This document shows, piece by piece, positions 1 through 13,170 of a DNA stretch of 64,000 nucleotides. The stretch spans positions 56,930 through 120,929 of the forward strand of contig NW_008246178.1 of assembly GCF_000281045.1 (NCBI RefSeq). The letters run 5' to 3'. Under the pieces are notes generated by a model. That model was not told the DNA's origin, did not search any database, and saw nothing but the letters and a program-made list of their open reading frames with translations. Position numbers and translations under genes: made by a program. Every line of letters begins with the position of its first letter. Position 1 is the first letter of the stretch. The stretch comes from Saprolegnia diclina VS20. Its lineage: Eukaryota.

Positions 1-519
1 ATACAACCTCACACGACCCCACAATATTTTTTTCAACATTTTCTACCCACAACCTACGGAGCTACCATCATTTATTTCCCTTCAATCCAATGCAACTCGA
101 CACTCTCGCCATTAACACCGTGTCTCTCTACAAACTATTTTTCCTCGATACTAACCACTACATACTATCTACTCTCCATCGCACAACATCTTCCTCAAGC
201 TCCAAAACAATTCACACCAATTATTCTATTTTTCTGCAATTATTTCTCGTGCTATAGGCCCCCATTGACCACCAGAATCATATTTTGACAAAGCCCCGAC
301 TGTAGCCTATTTATGTGCCAAGTAGGAGCGAATTTTGTTGGACATAGTTTACTCACAACATCCTCGCGGACAGCGGCCATGCAGCGTAAAAAAAAACTTC
401 CCCAATCGCTCTGAAATATTCATGAGTGCTAAACTAATGAATAAAAAGCTCACATCCAAGTTGTCACGACCAACACAGCTCGGGGACTACCAATTAGGTG
501 GTGGGCGAAATCCCGCACG

Positions 520-608
520 CGCATTGGTCTAAAATCGTCGTAACACTGCCTTTGGGCACCCGCATTGGCTGATTTTTGGCTAAATGCAACACCCGCATTG
601 GTCTAAAA
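520..608. repeat. Cluster of three CGCATTGG (reverse CCAAT-box) repeat units
   Basis: gcattggtctaaaa at ~521, cacccgcattggct at ~557 and tgcaacacccgcattggtctaaaa at ~585. The 17-mer tgcaacacccgcattgg recurs at 1181-1197. Confidence 0.6.
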
Positions 609-1154
609 GAAATAATTCAGTAACACGAAGTTCGAAGCCGTCAGATCGCGATCTTCGCGCAAGCGTTTTGGCGCTTCTGCACACTCGTGCTTGGCGACAT
701 GGAGCGCGAGTGAGCTTGCTTTACTGCCGCTCAGTGAAAGCCGCGACCCAATAGGGCTTGACGGACGGTCCATCGTTCTTCTTCAGTGGTCGGTGCTCCG
801 ATCGATTCCACGGGTAGCTGTCAGCCTTGCCACACGCATCAACGCGAGCTACGGTCTCGCGATCCTCATGAGCAATACCTACACTAGGCAGTACATGATG
901 CTCAAGAAGTTCGTCGCGAACTATGAGCTCCTGTAGGGTAGTGATAAGTAGTGATAACTAGAGACTCTACGAGCCGCCATATCGGGTCGCACACAAGGCA
1001 TTACTATCGAAGAAAAGTAGCAGCATCATTGCGTAAGCACAGATTGCTGGGTTGATAATCTCCGCGAGTAAACGCTCGTTCAATGCCCAGCTCTCTGGAC
1101 TCGGCGCGAACGTTTCTAATTGGTCAAAAAACCAGCGTGAGCGGGCCAAACTGA

Positions 1155-1197
1155 CCAGTGCGGGTGTTGCGTTCGTGCAGTGCAACACCCGCATTGG
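1155..1197. repeat. 16-bp inverted repeat (hairpin) with 11-nt loop
   Basis: ccagtgcgggtgttgc (1155-1170) pairs with gcaacacccgcattgg (1182-1197) with one mismatch; followed by ctactag. Confidence 0.75.
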
Positions 1198-2080
1198 CTA
1201 CTAGGCTTTTACGCTCGTTCATTGGTAGAAATTAGAGTTTATAGGCGCGTTTAAAAGGTACCACACAGGTATACAAACACCAGCATGAAAACCAGGAACG
1301 GCATGTTTAAAGGAGCACCCGCCATGAGCTCCCGCCATGCACAATTACCGCGCGCAGGGTACCGCTTGCACAAGATCGCCACGTCATATCGAACTTCCTC
1401 CTTCTTTTCTTCTCTTTCTTCGATTTAACAGGCACACGTGTGTTATAGTCCCACCATGTAAAGGGTAGTCGTCCACAGCTCTGCATGTCGCGTTATTAAT
1501 ATATTTAATCATTATTTACTATGTATTCAGTTTATATTATAAATTAATAGCATGTGAGAAGGAGTGGTGCCGCTTGGAGGTATACAGTGGCCCGCAACTT
1601 TACCCGACAGAGATTCACGACCTTTTTGTGCGGGTTATAAAAGATGTTTAAAGCCGTTCTGTGCGCTAAACGTGCTATATATCGATAGCCAAGACACAGA
1701 GGAACACGAATATAGTTTGATCTTCGTCGTAGCATGTCTAGTCGCTGAGTTATAAAAGCTGGAAGACGGACCATTTAAGGTGGGGAGGGCCAAAAATGTC
1801 CACTTTCAGAGCCGGTACACCGGGCTACACCAACTCTATCCGTGCAAAATCTATTTATCCGGATAGTATGCCCCGGGCTACGAAATTATTCGCGTCGCCA
1901 TTTTTCACCACCGATCCATGGTGCGACCCGGCAGGCAAGCGTTTCATCTGCGCCGCACCAGGGCAGCTCTTGAGGCCAAGCGCCAAGCGCCTGAGCTAGG
2001 CGACGTTGTTGAATTTGACGCCGAGGAGAGCGACAACACCGACGAAGAACACGACAACTGCGCCCACGAGCCTTGCCAAC

Positions 2081-2870
2081 NNNNNNNNNNNNNNNNNNNN
2101 NNNNNNNNNNNNNNNNNNNNNNNNNNNNNNNNNNNNNNNNNNNNNNNNNNNNNNNNNNNNNNNNNNNNNNNNNNNNNNNNNNNNNNNNNNNNNNNNNNNN
2201 NNNNNNNNNNNNNNNNNNNNNNNNNNNNNNNNNNNNNNNNNNNNNNNNNNNNNNNNNNNNNNNNNNNNNNNNNNNNNNNNNNNNNNNNNNNNNNNNNNNN
2301 NNNNNNNNNNNNNNNNNNNNNNNNNNNNNNNNNNNNNNNNNNNNNNNNNNNNNNNNNNNNNNNNNNNNNNNNNNNNNNNNNNNNNNNNNNNNNNNNNNNN
2401 NNNNNNNNNNNNNNNNNNNNNNNNNNNNNNNNNNNNNNNNNNNNNNNNNNNNNNNNNNNNNNNNNNNNNNNNNNNNNNNNNNNNNNNNNNNNNNNNNNNN
2501 NNNNNNNNNNNNNNNNNNNNNNNNNNNNNNNNNNNNNNNNNNNNNNNNNNNNNNNNNNNNNNNNNNNNNNNNNNNNNNNNNNNNNNNNNNNNNNNNNNNN
2601 NNNNNNNNNNNNNNNNNNNNNNNNNNNNNNNNNNNNNNNNNNNNNNNNNNNNNNNNNNNNNNNNNNNNNNNNNNNNNNNNNNNNNNNNNNNNNNNNNNNN
2701 NNNNNNNNNNNNNNNNNNNNNNNNNNNNNNNNNNNNNNNNNNNNNNNNNNNNNNNNNNNNNNNNNNNNNNNNNNNNNNNNNNNNNNNNNNNNNNNNNNNN
2801 NNNNNNNNNNNNNNNNNNNNNNNNNNNNNNNNNNNNNNNNNNNNNNNNNNNNNNNNNNNNNNNNNNNNNN
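2081..2870. other. Assembly gap (N run)
   Basis: Run of N bases. Confidence 1.
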
Positions 2871-3479
2871 NATAGTTGCGGTCCCAGCACTGTCGAACGC
2901 ACTGGGTCGATTGTGCTTCTGACCTTGGCAGGAGTAAAGTTGCGTGCCACAACGCCGCTCGTACACACATTCTGGATCTATCGAGCATGCTGGCGCAAAA
3001 AAGGACGTTCCACCGCCGGCGAGTCAATGGGCTGCAAGGAAAGACGAACGAGCACGCGAGGCAGCAGCCAAGATAGTCTTCCGGGGATCATTCGGATGTC
3101 TAGACTTGCGCGATCGGCTCTTCCTGTTGTATGCTTCACTTCTCGATACAACGACATCTTCGTGTCATTTTGCTCGTGTTATTATTATTGCGCGTTGCAG
3201 CATACCCCTGTCCATGCAACCCCAAGAGGCGCGGTGGACGCACCAAGCGCACCTTTCCACGGCTGCTTGCCGCGACTTGACCGTCGACGAGCAGCCAGTA
3301 CTTCGCCGACTCGAACGGCTTTCTTCTCGACATACGCCTCAGAGTGACCCACGTATGTATGGTAGTATGGATCGTTGCGATACCTTTGTCGACCTCCAAG
3401 TACCAGGAGCAAACACCGTCTGTGGGCTCGTGGGTTTGGTTTGAAAACACAATCGAAACGGTTTTGCGACGGTTCAAAA

Positions 3480-4537
3480 ATGACGGCGGCCAAGACGTAC
3501 GATGCCAAGCGCAACAGCATCGTGACGCCCGCCAAGGCCCAGCAAAGCGAAGAGAGTGAGGAACAGGCGGTCGAACCAACTCGCCTCCCGACGTCGCCCA
3601 CCGGCCGCTTTCTCCAAAAGACGTACTCGATCACGCAAACATGGCTGCACATGAACGTACGAGTGGCTGCTACTCTTGTAACATGACGGCACTCGGGTAG
3701 AAATCGTCGCGGCGCAACGACAACTTTGACTGCCTCTTCCCCGAGAACCACTCGCAGGACTTCAAGAAGATCAAGTTTGTGACGTACCCGTACCACCTCT
3801 GGGGGCTCGGCCTCCTCCTCCTCGGCGGCGCCAGCTTCTTTACGTATGCGCTCTCGTCCACGAGCATCTACCGGTTCCCGAAAGGCTTTTGGTGGCAGTA
3901 CCTCTTTGACGTGCTCCTCTTTCTCCTCGGCGCCCTCTGCTTTGTCTGCAGCGAAGTCGAAGTGTTCTGCATGGACCGAAACAAGGGCACGATCTCCATC
4001 TCGCAACGCGGGTGCATTAGCCACGTGCTTGGGCGCGGGTGCGTCCCCAAACATAAGCCCCAAATGCCCACGACGTACTAGGAAGGACACGTTTGTGGTG
4101 CGGCAGCTCGCGGAAATCGCCGACGTCTCGGTCGACTGCTTGGTCAGGAATACACTGGTTGGAATGCACCTCACTAATAGTAGGGCGACAAGACGGGCGA
4201 CGTCGACACGCGCTCGTACAAGGTCCGGAGCTCTCGTAGAAAGCGGGACCATGCGTGTGCATCTAGATTCGCATCGAGTACCACGACGGCACGTATGCGA
4301 CGATGCTCGAGGGGCAGTCCAAGGCGCTCGCCGTGCGTACGTCGCAAGCGTGTTTGAAGTTTGAGGTTCACCCAATACGGTGTAGGTCGCTGCCGCAGTC
4401 TCAAGTACTTTTTGGCCTTCTACGCCAACTCGCCGACCAAGAAGCAGCAGCAGCGGAGCCCGACCAAGCTACCGTTCCCAACCAAAGAGGCGCGTCACGT
4501 CGACTCGGTGGTGCAGGAGGCGTCGCTCACAATGTAA
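3480..4537 (+). CDS. Hypothetical membrane protein (two TM helices), multi-exon
   Basis: Spliced model MTAAKTYDAK...YPYHLWGLGLLLLGGASFFTYAL...WWQYLFDVLLFLLGALCFVC...EASLTM*, with short GT-AG introns. Confidence 0.6.
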
Positions 4538-4553
4538 TTCTTAATTGACGTTG

Positions 4554-6836
4554 TTATGCGTGACCCTGGAAGAGGTCCACGAGCATGCTCTGGACCGCAT
4601 CGGGCTTGTACTTGACGTACTTCTCCATGTGCTTCTTGGAAAATTGAATGCCCGCGTACCTACGACCGACGCGCGATGAGCTCGGTTCATCACACGCACG
4701 CACTTGTCGTAGAAGGCGCGGTAGCCTGGCACGATGCGCTGCGTCGCCATCGTCGTCAGCTTCTCGCGCAGCTCGGTATCCGGCACGACAAACGCCTTCT
4801 ACTCGAGTGAGCTGAGACTCTAGACATCATAGGCGTACGTGGTGGGTGTGCACTTCTTCGAGCGCTGCGTTGAAACGCTACACAAGACGGTCGACTCTCC
4901 ATTGCGACGGTTCTGGTACCGCAAACTTGTCCTTGAGGAGGCGGCCGCTCTCGAGCGTGAGCACGGCGCTGTTGCTCTTGTACTGCAACGTGCTTTTGGG
5001 GTCGGCGATAATGCCATCAAAGCCGTCGTAGCTACGCCCAGTCTGAGTACGAGACCCGTCCTCGAAGAGATGTACCTCGTTTCGACGAAGCTCGCCATGG
5101 CCTTCTCGCCGAGCGCAGCGACCTTGGGCTGCATGGTCTGCTGGATTGCTGTCGTGACGACAGGCGATTGGTCCGCAAAGTCGCTTGCGAGCTGAGCCAT
5201 GGCGCTCGCAACGTAAAATGTGTTGTTGAATAGAAAAATGGCCTTGAGGTCGCCGCGCGCCTTGGCGGCCGATGCTTTTGCCTGCAGCGCGTCGAGGAGC
5301 TTCATCAACACCGAGTCTGCAATCACCCAATTAGCAAATCGACATATAGCTTCGTAGGTTACGTACCGACAAAGTAAGTCACATTGCTCGTTTGGTCGGT
5401 CGAGAGAAGACACTCGAGCGCGATCACATGGTCGCTGAGCTCGCGCAGAAAGTGCATAGTCTAAACGCACGCTACATTGCACGTTGACGATACACGCGTA
5501 CGTGACTCGAGGTCGGGTGCACGTTTCCGTCCTTGAGCCCGAGCTTGTCGTGGAGCATCGACTCGGCAATGTCATCTTTGAACGCGCCGAGCTTGACGCG
5601 TGACGCGGCGGCGAGACCTTCTTCGATTTTGCCAATGATCCCCACAAGCTTCCACGGCTCGGTCGTCTCGCTCCCTGGGTGCTCGCGCAGTCGCAGCGGC
5701 GGCTACGCCACCGTGCATAACGTAAGATAAAGAACAAGATTCGACCTGCAGCACGTCCCGGAACGACGTGCTCTTGGACTTGAACATGTAGTGGAGCTCG
5801 ATGGGCTGGAAGACGTCTTTGGCATCTTCCTCCTTGACGTCTTTTGTGAGACTTTCGAGCAGCGGCGCCACCGTCCAGCTCAGCGCCGCGTGGGCCAAGT
5901 CTTCATTGGGAAACACGCGGTTCGCGAGCTCCTTCTCGGCCTAGTATACGTGGATCGTCCAGGAGATGCGTTCATATATGGCGAGTGTACGTGGATCGCG
6001 AGCACAATGTTGTCCAGATATGCGGCGATATGCGCTTGCGACCCTGCGTCGTCCTTGCTAACACCATTGCTGCGTCAACGACAACCGAGTTGATGCAAAT
6101 GACGTACGCCTTGACCTTGTCGAGCGCTTCGGTCACGAGCTTGAGCCGCCGCTCGCCGTACTCGACGAGCAGCGCCGTCGGCGCCAGCTTCGTGCTCAAG
6201 AGGCACGCGAGGAGCTTCGACGCTTTGATGACGTCGGCGTCGTGGAGCGTGGATGCAACCAGACTCTGTGCGCTGACCGAGTAGCGCAAGACGAGGGCGA
6301 CGTCCGAGACAAAGTCCGACTTGCACTTGGTCTGGGCCTGCGCCAGCACGTGGCGGGCGTGGTCAAGCGCCTTGCCCGAGCCCTCGTAGCCGCGGTGGAG
6401 CTCGAGAAACTCGATCGAGCGCAAAAGCTTGTGCATCGTCTTGATGTAGCGCTCTTGGTCGTACTTGGCGCCTTGCTGCAGCACAGTGGCGACCTACATA
6501 GCAGAATACTGAGGCAGCGATGTCGAGCGTCGCCTTGAGTACGTCGCTGGCAGTCGTAAAGTTTTCGTTCACCGCACGCAGCTCGAGCACGCTAATGTCA
6601 ATGTTCTTTTGCGTCTCGCGCAGCTTCTCGGTGAGGCTGTAGATGGGCATCATCTGCCCCTCGAGTCGGTCGAGGCCGCCCTTGAAGCCGACAAGGATCG
6701 AGTTGACCGACGCCAGCTGCGCCTGCGCATACATAGCCGCTGTCATCTCACCTCGCATGCCGCCATGTACCTTGCTGTCAGCCATGGCCGCGCGGATCGC
6801 CGCGACAGCGTCGTCCTGGCACCGCTCAACCTCCAT
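4554..6836 (-). CDS. EXO70: Exocyst complex component Exo70, multi-exon
   Basis: N-terminal coiled-coil (LTEKLRETQKNID), AIFLFNN motif, and C-terminal VPDTELREKL...IVPGYRAFYDK...KYVKYKPD...LVDLFQG typical of Exo70. Confidence 0.85.
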
Positions 6837-7344
6837 CTCAAGAACTCCAAGGCCGTTTCAGGCTACATTTAGGAAAGAAGCACCGAAATGGCGCCCTGAA
6901 ATAAGGCGTCACCTGCTGCAACTAGGTGCAATGTGGGCGGCATGGGGCCAGGAAGCGAACGTGTGCAGATCGCTCTTGCACGTACGCCAGCACGAAGTAG
7001 GGACATTCTGCGTCAAGGATCTGCTTGCTGCGAGAGACAACGAGGTTTTCTATCACAAACCAGTTTAACGCATTGGATTGTGACGTTTAAACATTTAACG
7101 TGCATATCCTATGCGTTTTACCTCGATCGTGCAATCTACGTGTTGTCGCAGCTTCTCGATGATAAGCAGCCGAAGATCTGCTGCCGCCGCCGAAGAAGAT
7201 CTCGCATCTCGTCCTGCACGGCGCAGGATTTGGCCGGCTGCGAATCGCAAATGTGATTCGGAAAGGCGCACCTACTTCAACCTTTGGCACACAAAAAAAG
7301 GATTCCGCAGGATACCGGAGTTTCAAGATTCCCAGTCCGAGAGC

Positions 7345-10300
7345 ATGCGGAGCGATGCAAGTCCTGACCGTCGCATCTCGTTCGACGACGACGACGCTGG
7401 CACGTTCTCGGTGCTCATGAGCCCAGCGGCAGGCGCGTTACTGCCCAAGCTGCCGCTCTCGCGCGTCCGCCCGCCATCGCGCCACGCGCCTCCGTCGCCA
7501 CTCGACCTACGGTCCATCAGCTCTGCCCACCAGCGTACATTCCCGTGGCATCGCGTCGCCTTAGCAAGCAAGTGGCGTAGGTCCACACTCGGCGGTGTCG
7601 AGCACGACGAGCAAGGCGCCAGTGCTCACGGAACTCAACGACAGCATCGTTTTTGCCCTGCGGCCTGCAACACCCGACGCCAAGAAGGCCGGGACGAGCG
7701 GCAAGACGACCAAGGTCGCTGACTTGAGCGTCCCGAACGTCTCAATCCCCGAGAACCAGCGGTCTTATCTTGCCCGATCTCTGTATCTGATGCGTGTCGT
7801 CTAGGTACACGTTCGCGCTCATTCTGCGCAACACGTACCAAGTCAAGCAGCTCCTCAAAGAGCGGTTTCCGCGGCGCGTGGACAAGCCACTGCGGCGCCA
7901 CTACGCAGACCAGGTCGGCGCGATGCAGATCAAGTGCATTCGGCGGCTCGTGCAGTCGGGGCTCGGCGTCATTCTCCTCGACAACGACAACAGCATTCCG
8001 CACCATGCGCAAAAGTGGAACGAGACCAACAACATTTGCGTGCTCATCGACCCGTACAAGGTAGAGCTCTCTCCGATTTGTTGCTGGTATGTCACAATAT
8101 GTATCTAGGACAAGGAGCTGCTTTTGCAAGAGTTTCGGCGGGAAAAGGACGAGCTCGCGATCAAGCGCGGCCAGGCGACGTCGCGCTTGGGCCTCGAGAC
8201 GCTCGAGAGTCTTCGCAACGCGTGCTTCTCCCCGGCGCTCGAGCTCCAGCTGACGCACAACCTCATCCGCAACGCCCTGCGCGACTACGACGTCGAGGAC
8301 TGGGTCTGCACTATCCAATGAAATATCAACTTATCAACTTGGCGACAGGTGCTGGACCACTCGAACGAACTCTCTTGCTGGGACGTGATCGAACACTGCT
8401 TCCCTCTCCACGACCGCGTCTTCAACAACACGTTCTTCGCCGAGTACCGCAAGCGCACCTTTGACGTGCGCAAGGCGTCGGCGGGCAACAACTCGGAGCG
8501 CTGGGCCATCGAAGGTGTGTCAACGTATTTTTGTATCAATCTTTCAAGTGAGATATAGAGCTGCGTCTGCACTTTGGCGAGCGCGTCGCGTTCCTCTTTG
8601 CGTTCATGCGCATCTATAGCAAGATGCTGCTCCCACTCACCGTGCTCTGCGTTCTCTACTACCTCGGGTTTCGGTGGGTGCCCGGGTACATCTGGAACAA
8701 GTACCTCCTCGGACTCTCGGTGCTCGGGTTTGGCGTCGTCGCGATCTGGGCGCCGGCGCTCATGCTCGTTTGGGAGCGCGAGACGCGCGTGCTCACGGAA
8801 AAGTGGAATCTGGCGAGCTACCGCGACACGATCTTCGAACGCAACGACGAGAACCCCGACTTCGAGTACGTTTGGACCAAGAACGAGATCACGCACGAGA
8901 TGGAGAAGACGCCCAAGGAGAGCAAGAAGCGGCTCATTCGCGCCACGATGGTCTTCTTCGTCGCCCTCAGCTCGCTGCTTCAGTGCATCGTGCTCATGCC
9001 ATTTCTCCAGGTATTGCGACGACTCTACATCAAGTCATTGCGTTGGTGTCCAGTGGTATGTGTGGTCCAAGCTCGCCCCAGTGTGCGACGGCAGTGTGTG
9101 TATCGAGCGCGGCAACTGCCAGCAGTTTATCAATTGCTTCCAGTCGCCAACGTCAACGGTGGGCACGGACCGCTGGGCGTACATCCTCATCCAGGTACCT
9201 CCAATCTGTACAAATGCCAAATCCTTAGCAAATCCTAGGGCGTCTTGCTCGGGCTCCTCATCGACACGGTATTCTTCGAACTCTTCAATTGGTTCTCGGC
9301 CAAGTTTGTCTCGTGGGAAAATTTGGCGAAAAAATCCGACTTTGAAAACCGTACTTTTGCCTTATTCTGCAAATTTACAAATTGGATGATGTAGGGCTCG
9401 TGCACCGGCGGTTCGTCTTTGTGTGGTCCAACTGGTTCTTCTGGTTTCTCACACTCGCCTTCTTCTACCTCCCGTACGGCAACTACGTCAACGATCTCTT
9501 CCGGCACTTTGGCTGGGGCTGGGCCGTCATATACGAGTGGGACCCCGCCGCCCTCACGCTCGACACGCTGTTTGTGACGCCGCTCGTCGTGACGCAGCTC
9601 CTCAACATGCTCCTCGAGACTGGGCTTCCCTACCTCGTGCGCAAGATCCGCCGCAAGCCAGCGTCGTGCCGGTCAGCGTGTTCGGACTCGTGGCTCGCCG
9701 GCTTTCAAGTAGGTCAATTGCATTGAGATTGAGATTCCAGAACGTGCCCAGTGCGTGCGGGCGATGCAAGAGAAGAAGGTGCAGCACCGGCGCGAGGCCA
9801 ACATGACAGCGCACAAGCTCGCGGACGAGGTGTCACGCTCGACTCGCTTCTTCGTGCCTGTCCTCGGGTACTCGGACGACTCGAACGAGTACACGGCGTA
9901 CGAGGTACGACAGGTTCGACACGGTTAGAACCCTAACCACCGACGACGCAGATCCTGGCCGAGTCTCGACTGCCCGTGTTTGACACGACGTACGACTACC
10001 TCGACGCCTCGATCCAGTTTTCCTACATTGTCATGTTCACGGTCGTATGGCCGCTGCTGCCGCTCCCCGCCTTTCTCAACAACGTCCTCGAGGTATCCAG
10101 CGCTCACCTTCAATGCTCACACGAGGCGCAGGTCCGTGGCGATGCGTTCCGACTCCTCTTTGGCCACCGGCGGCCCATGCCCCGGCGCGACGTACGTGGC
10201 TCGTATATTGATCGTAGGACAGAGAGTGCGTAGACGTCGATTGGCGAGTGGGCCACTGTGCTGCACTACGCCAACATCATTGGCATCACGGTTGTCTCGG

Positions 10301-11148
10301 GCCTCATCGTCATGTACCACTTTGGCTCGGTCGTGAGCGACTGGAACGGCGATTTCTGCGACATGAGCTTCAGCGACGCCGCGATGGTCCCGTTCCAGAC
10401 GCTCAATCGGTCGCTCACGCGCGACCCGATGGCCTGCGCGCTCTTCCTCGCGCCATCCGAGGCGTGGGGTATGCGCCAGATCGTCGCGTTCATCGTGCTC
10501 GAGCACCTCGGGTTCATCTGCCGCTACTTGGTGCTCCAGCTGGAGAAGACACCGAGCGCGATTGCGAGCTCAGCGTACCTCCGCCTCAAGCAGATCCGAG
10601 AGCTCACGAGTGCTCGGACGGCCGACGCCAGTGTGTTCGAGTACATTCGCGAGCTCCGCGAGATCTTCGACACGTACGACGTCGACGGCTGCGACCACTT
10701 GTACGAAGACGACCTCGTACTCTTCCTCGCCGAGTGGGTCGGCACGGACGTGTCGGACCTCCAGAGTCGCAGCGGCCAGATCTTTCGCTATATGGACAAG
10801 AACCAGCTCGGGAAGGTGCCCTTCTCCACGTGCTGCCTCATGCTCCAGCACGCGCACCACGACCGGTTCTTCTCGGTTCTTCTCGGCATCTACGACTCGC
10901 TCGACGACTTTCGCAATGTACACCATTTGCTGCCTGGAAGCTGCCCACAATGCTGAGTATAGGGACAAATCCGGCTCCAGGACGGACCGGTACAGTACCG
11001 CCGCGGGCGAAGAGCAGCGTCGTCGTCCATGACGAACGGCAGCAGCGAGCACCACCACGCATCTGCCATCGTACTGTATACATCTTACGCTCGCTATCTC
11101 TTGATTTATGAATAGGACTCGGAAACCTCGCAGCACGAGCCCGTTTAG
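7345..11148 (+). CDS. Anoctamin/TMEM16-family channel or scramblase with C-terminal EF-hand pair (paralog 1)
   Basis: LHFGERVAFLFAF, DYLDASIQFSY, LNNVLEVRGDAFRL, RRPMPRRD, IGEW and FIVLEH motifs; EF-hand-like FDTYDVDGCDHLYEDDL and FRYMDKNQLGKVPF. Confidence 0.88.
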
Positions 11149-11199
11149 TGGTTTGATGTAGTCGAGAAGAGAGCATGCAGAAGTGCGTTCTGGTGCGTC

Positions 11200-13099
11200 T
11201 TAGTCATGAAGCGCCGCGAAATCAAAGGGCGCGAACGCCTTGCGGAAGGCGTCCGTCATGGCCGTTTCTTCGTCCTTGGGCACGACGCAGTACTAGAGCG
11301 AGGTCGTACAACTGGTATACAAGGATCGATTACCTTCCAGTTTTCTCGTCGCGGCATGTCGAGGAGCGTCGCAGCCACGTGGCGGCCAAACTGCATGTAG
11401 TGCTTCCCGCGCACCGCGTGGTACAGCCGGGTGTAGCCGCCCGCGCCGTCGGGAAAACTCACCAAAAAGTACTCGGACGGCGACGTCGGCAGCGGCGCGT
11501 CGGGCGACAGCATCTCAAAGTCGACATTGTACTGCTTGCCTTCCTCAAAGCAAATGTGCGCCACGTGCGCCACTAGAAAATATCAGAATCCTGCAGATCA
11601 ATAAGAAACGTACAGGCATCCGCGGGCACGGGAATGACTTGGAGGTGGGCGTGCGCAGCACCGAGCGTCGAGACGTTGCGGTCCATGAAAATGAGCGACT
11701 TGCCCTGGCTCGCAAAGAGCCTACAGTGCAAACATGAGGCGGGAATTCGACAAACGACCAAGTACTTTTCCAGCGCCGATTTGAACTTGTCGACTTCGGC
11801 TGCGGCAGCCGGCGAGAGGCTGCGCATGCTCGAGACATGCTGGATCGGGATGATGAGCACGTGGTCGGGCACGATCGGGCCTTTCGGAATCGCCACGTAG
11901 GCCTCGTCACCAATGCTACAGTCTATCGAGTGCAAAATCTGTGTGCGAAATGTGTACCTCACAATGAGATGCGTCTCGACCGTCGGCGTCGCGAGGCAGA
12001 ACCAGCACTCGGACCGGTTGGCAACGACGGGGCGACGAATCTGCTCGTGCGCACCTACAGACCAGGATCAAGCAGCGTGTCTCTATAGAGCCAAGCGAGT
12101 ACCTTGGCCTTGCGCCGCGAGCGCCGGGTCGTAGCGAAACTGCCCAGCGTTCTGGCTTTGTTGCGTGAGCTTCTGAACCTTGTCGGCCGAAAGCCCTACA
12201 ACGACTAGAGTTGCTACGTGCTTGTAGCAATCAACACAGACCGTCCGTTCTCAGGCGCTTGGTCCCGAGCTCACTGGCGTCCCCGCGACGCTTGGCTTGA
12301 AACGGCGACTGCGTCGTGCCTGGCGGGATCTCGACCGAGACGCCTTCTTGCAGCGGCTAGGATTTGCGTTTGAGTTTGGATATAAGTGGAGGAACACACC
12401 TCGAGGTTGAGTGCATGGAGCCACTTCTTGTCCTTGTCGGCCGAGGCGCCGACGTGGCCGAGGCCAATGAGACGCGAGACGCGACGACCAGCGCTCGGGA
12501 CGTCCGTGACGTACGGTAGATGCTGGTAGAAGACGCCATGCGTGCCCACAATGTGGTATCGTGGCACCGCCGCTTGGGCCGCGAGCCGCGCTTCCTAGAA
12601 ACAGCGTCGCAACTTGGACAATGGATGGTACTGCTGCACACCTTGGAGCCCACGTGCTGGATCGCGACCGGAACCTTGTCTGGCAAGAGCGCGTCAAAGC
12701 TATAGGATGGCGGTAGCGGTCGTAGACGCAGCAGTAGAAGCCATCGTACCCGTCGGGGTAGGCCGCGGTCACTAGCACGTCGACGGGCGCCAGCGCTGCC
12801 GCGAACGCTGCACCGGCGGCTTCATCGGCCAAGAAGGCCACCTGAAGCCCACAGAGCTCGAGGACGCTGTTGGTCGAGACGAGGTGGAGGTTGGTGATCG
12901 CAGTACTTGCGGTCCCCGGCGCCGCCAGCGCATACACGGGCAGCGGCCAGGCGGCGTCGTCGAGCGCCGACACGTCGCACGCGCCCGTGCAGAGCACCAT
13001 GTTGAAGGGCCCATGCGCCGACGCATGCAGCTTCTCGACGCGAGCGCGGAGCGCGGGCCATGCGCTCCCGACGTCGCCGCAGAGCAACACCTTGACCAT
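11200..13099 (-). CDS. CWF19L1: CWF19-like protein 1 (Drn1/CwfJ family; spliceosome disassembly / lariat debranching cofactor)
   Basis: N-terminus MVKVLLCGDV...GPFNMVLCTG; CwfJ C-terminus CWFCLA...HLIVSIGDEAYVAIPKGPIVPDHVLIIPIQH, HAHLQVIP, QFGR; ends FAPFDF. Confidence 0.88.
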
Positions 13100-13170
13100 C
13101 ACTGCTGTGGAACGTTCGCAAATAGTATGCTCCTCAAAATCGTGTTATACATGATATGGTGTGTTCTGGG

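Noticed and set aside
520..608. Repeat cluster as a CRISPR-like array
   Set aside because: Units are short, irregularly spaced and CCAAT-based; the context is eukaryotic and no cas genes are present.
1886..3347. Long ORFs in the track spanning poly-X
   Set aside because: Artefacts of N-gaps; the same applies to ORFs over 49756-50450 and 53285-54214.
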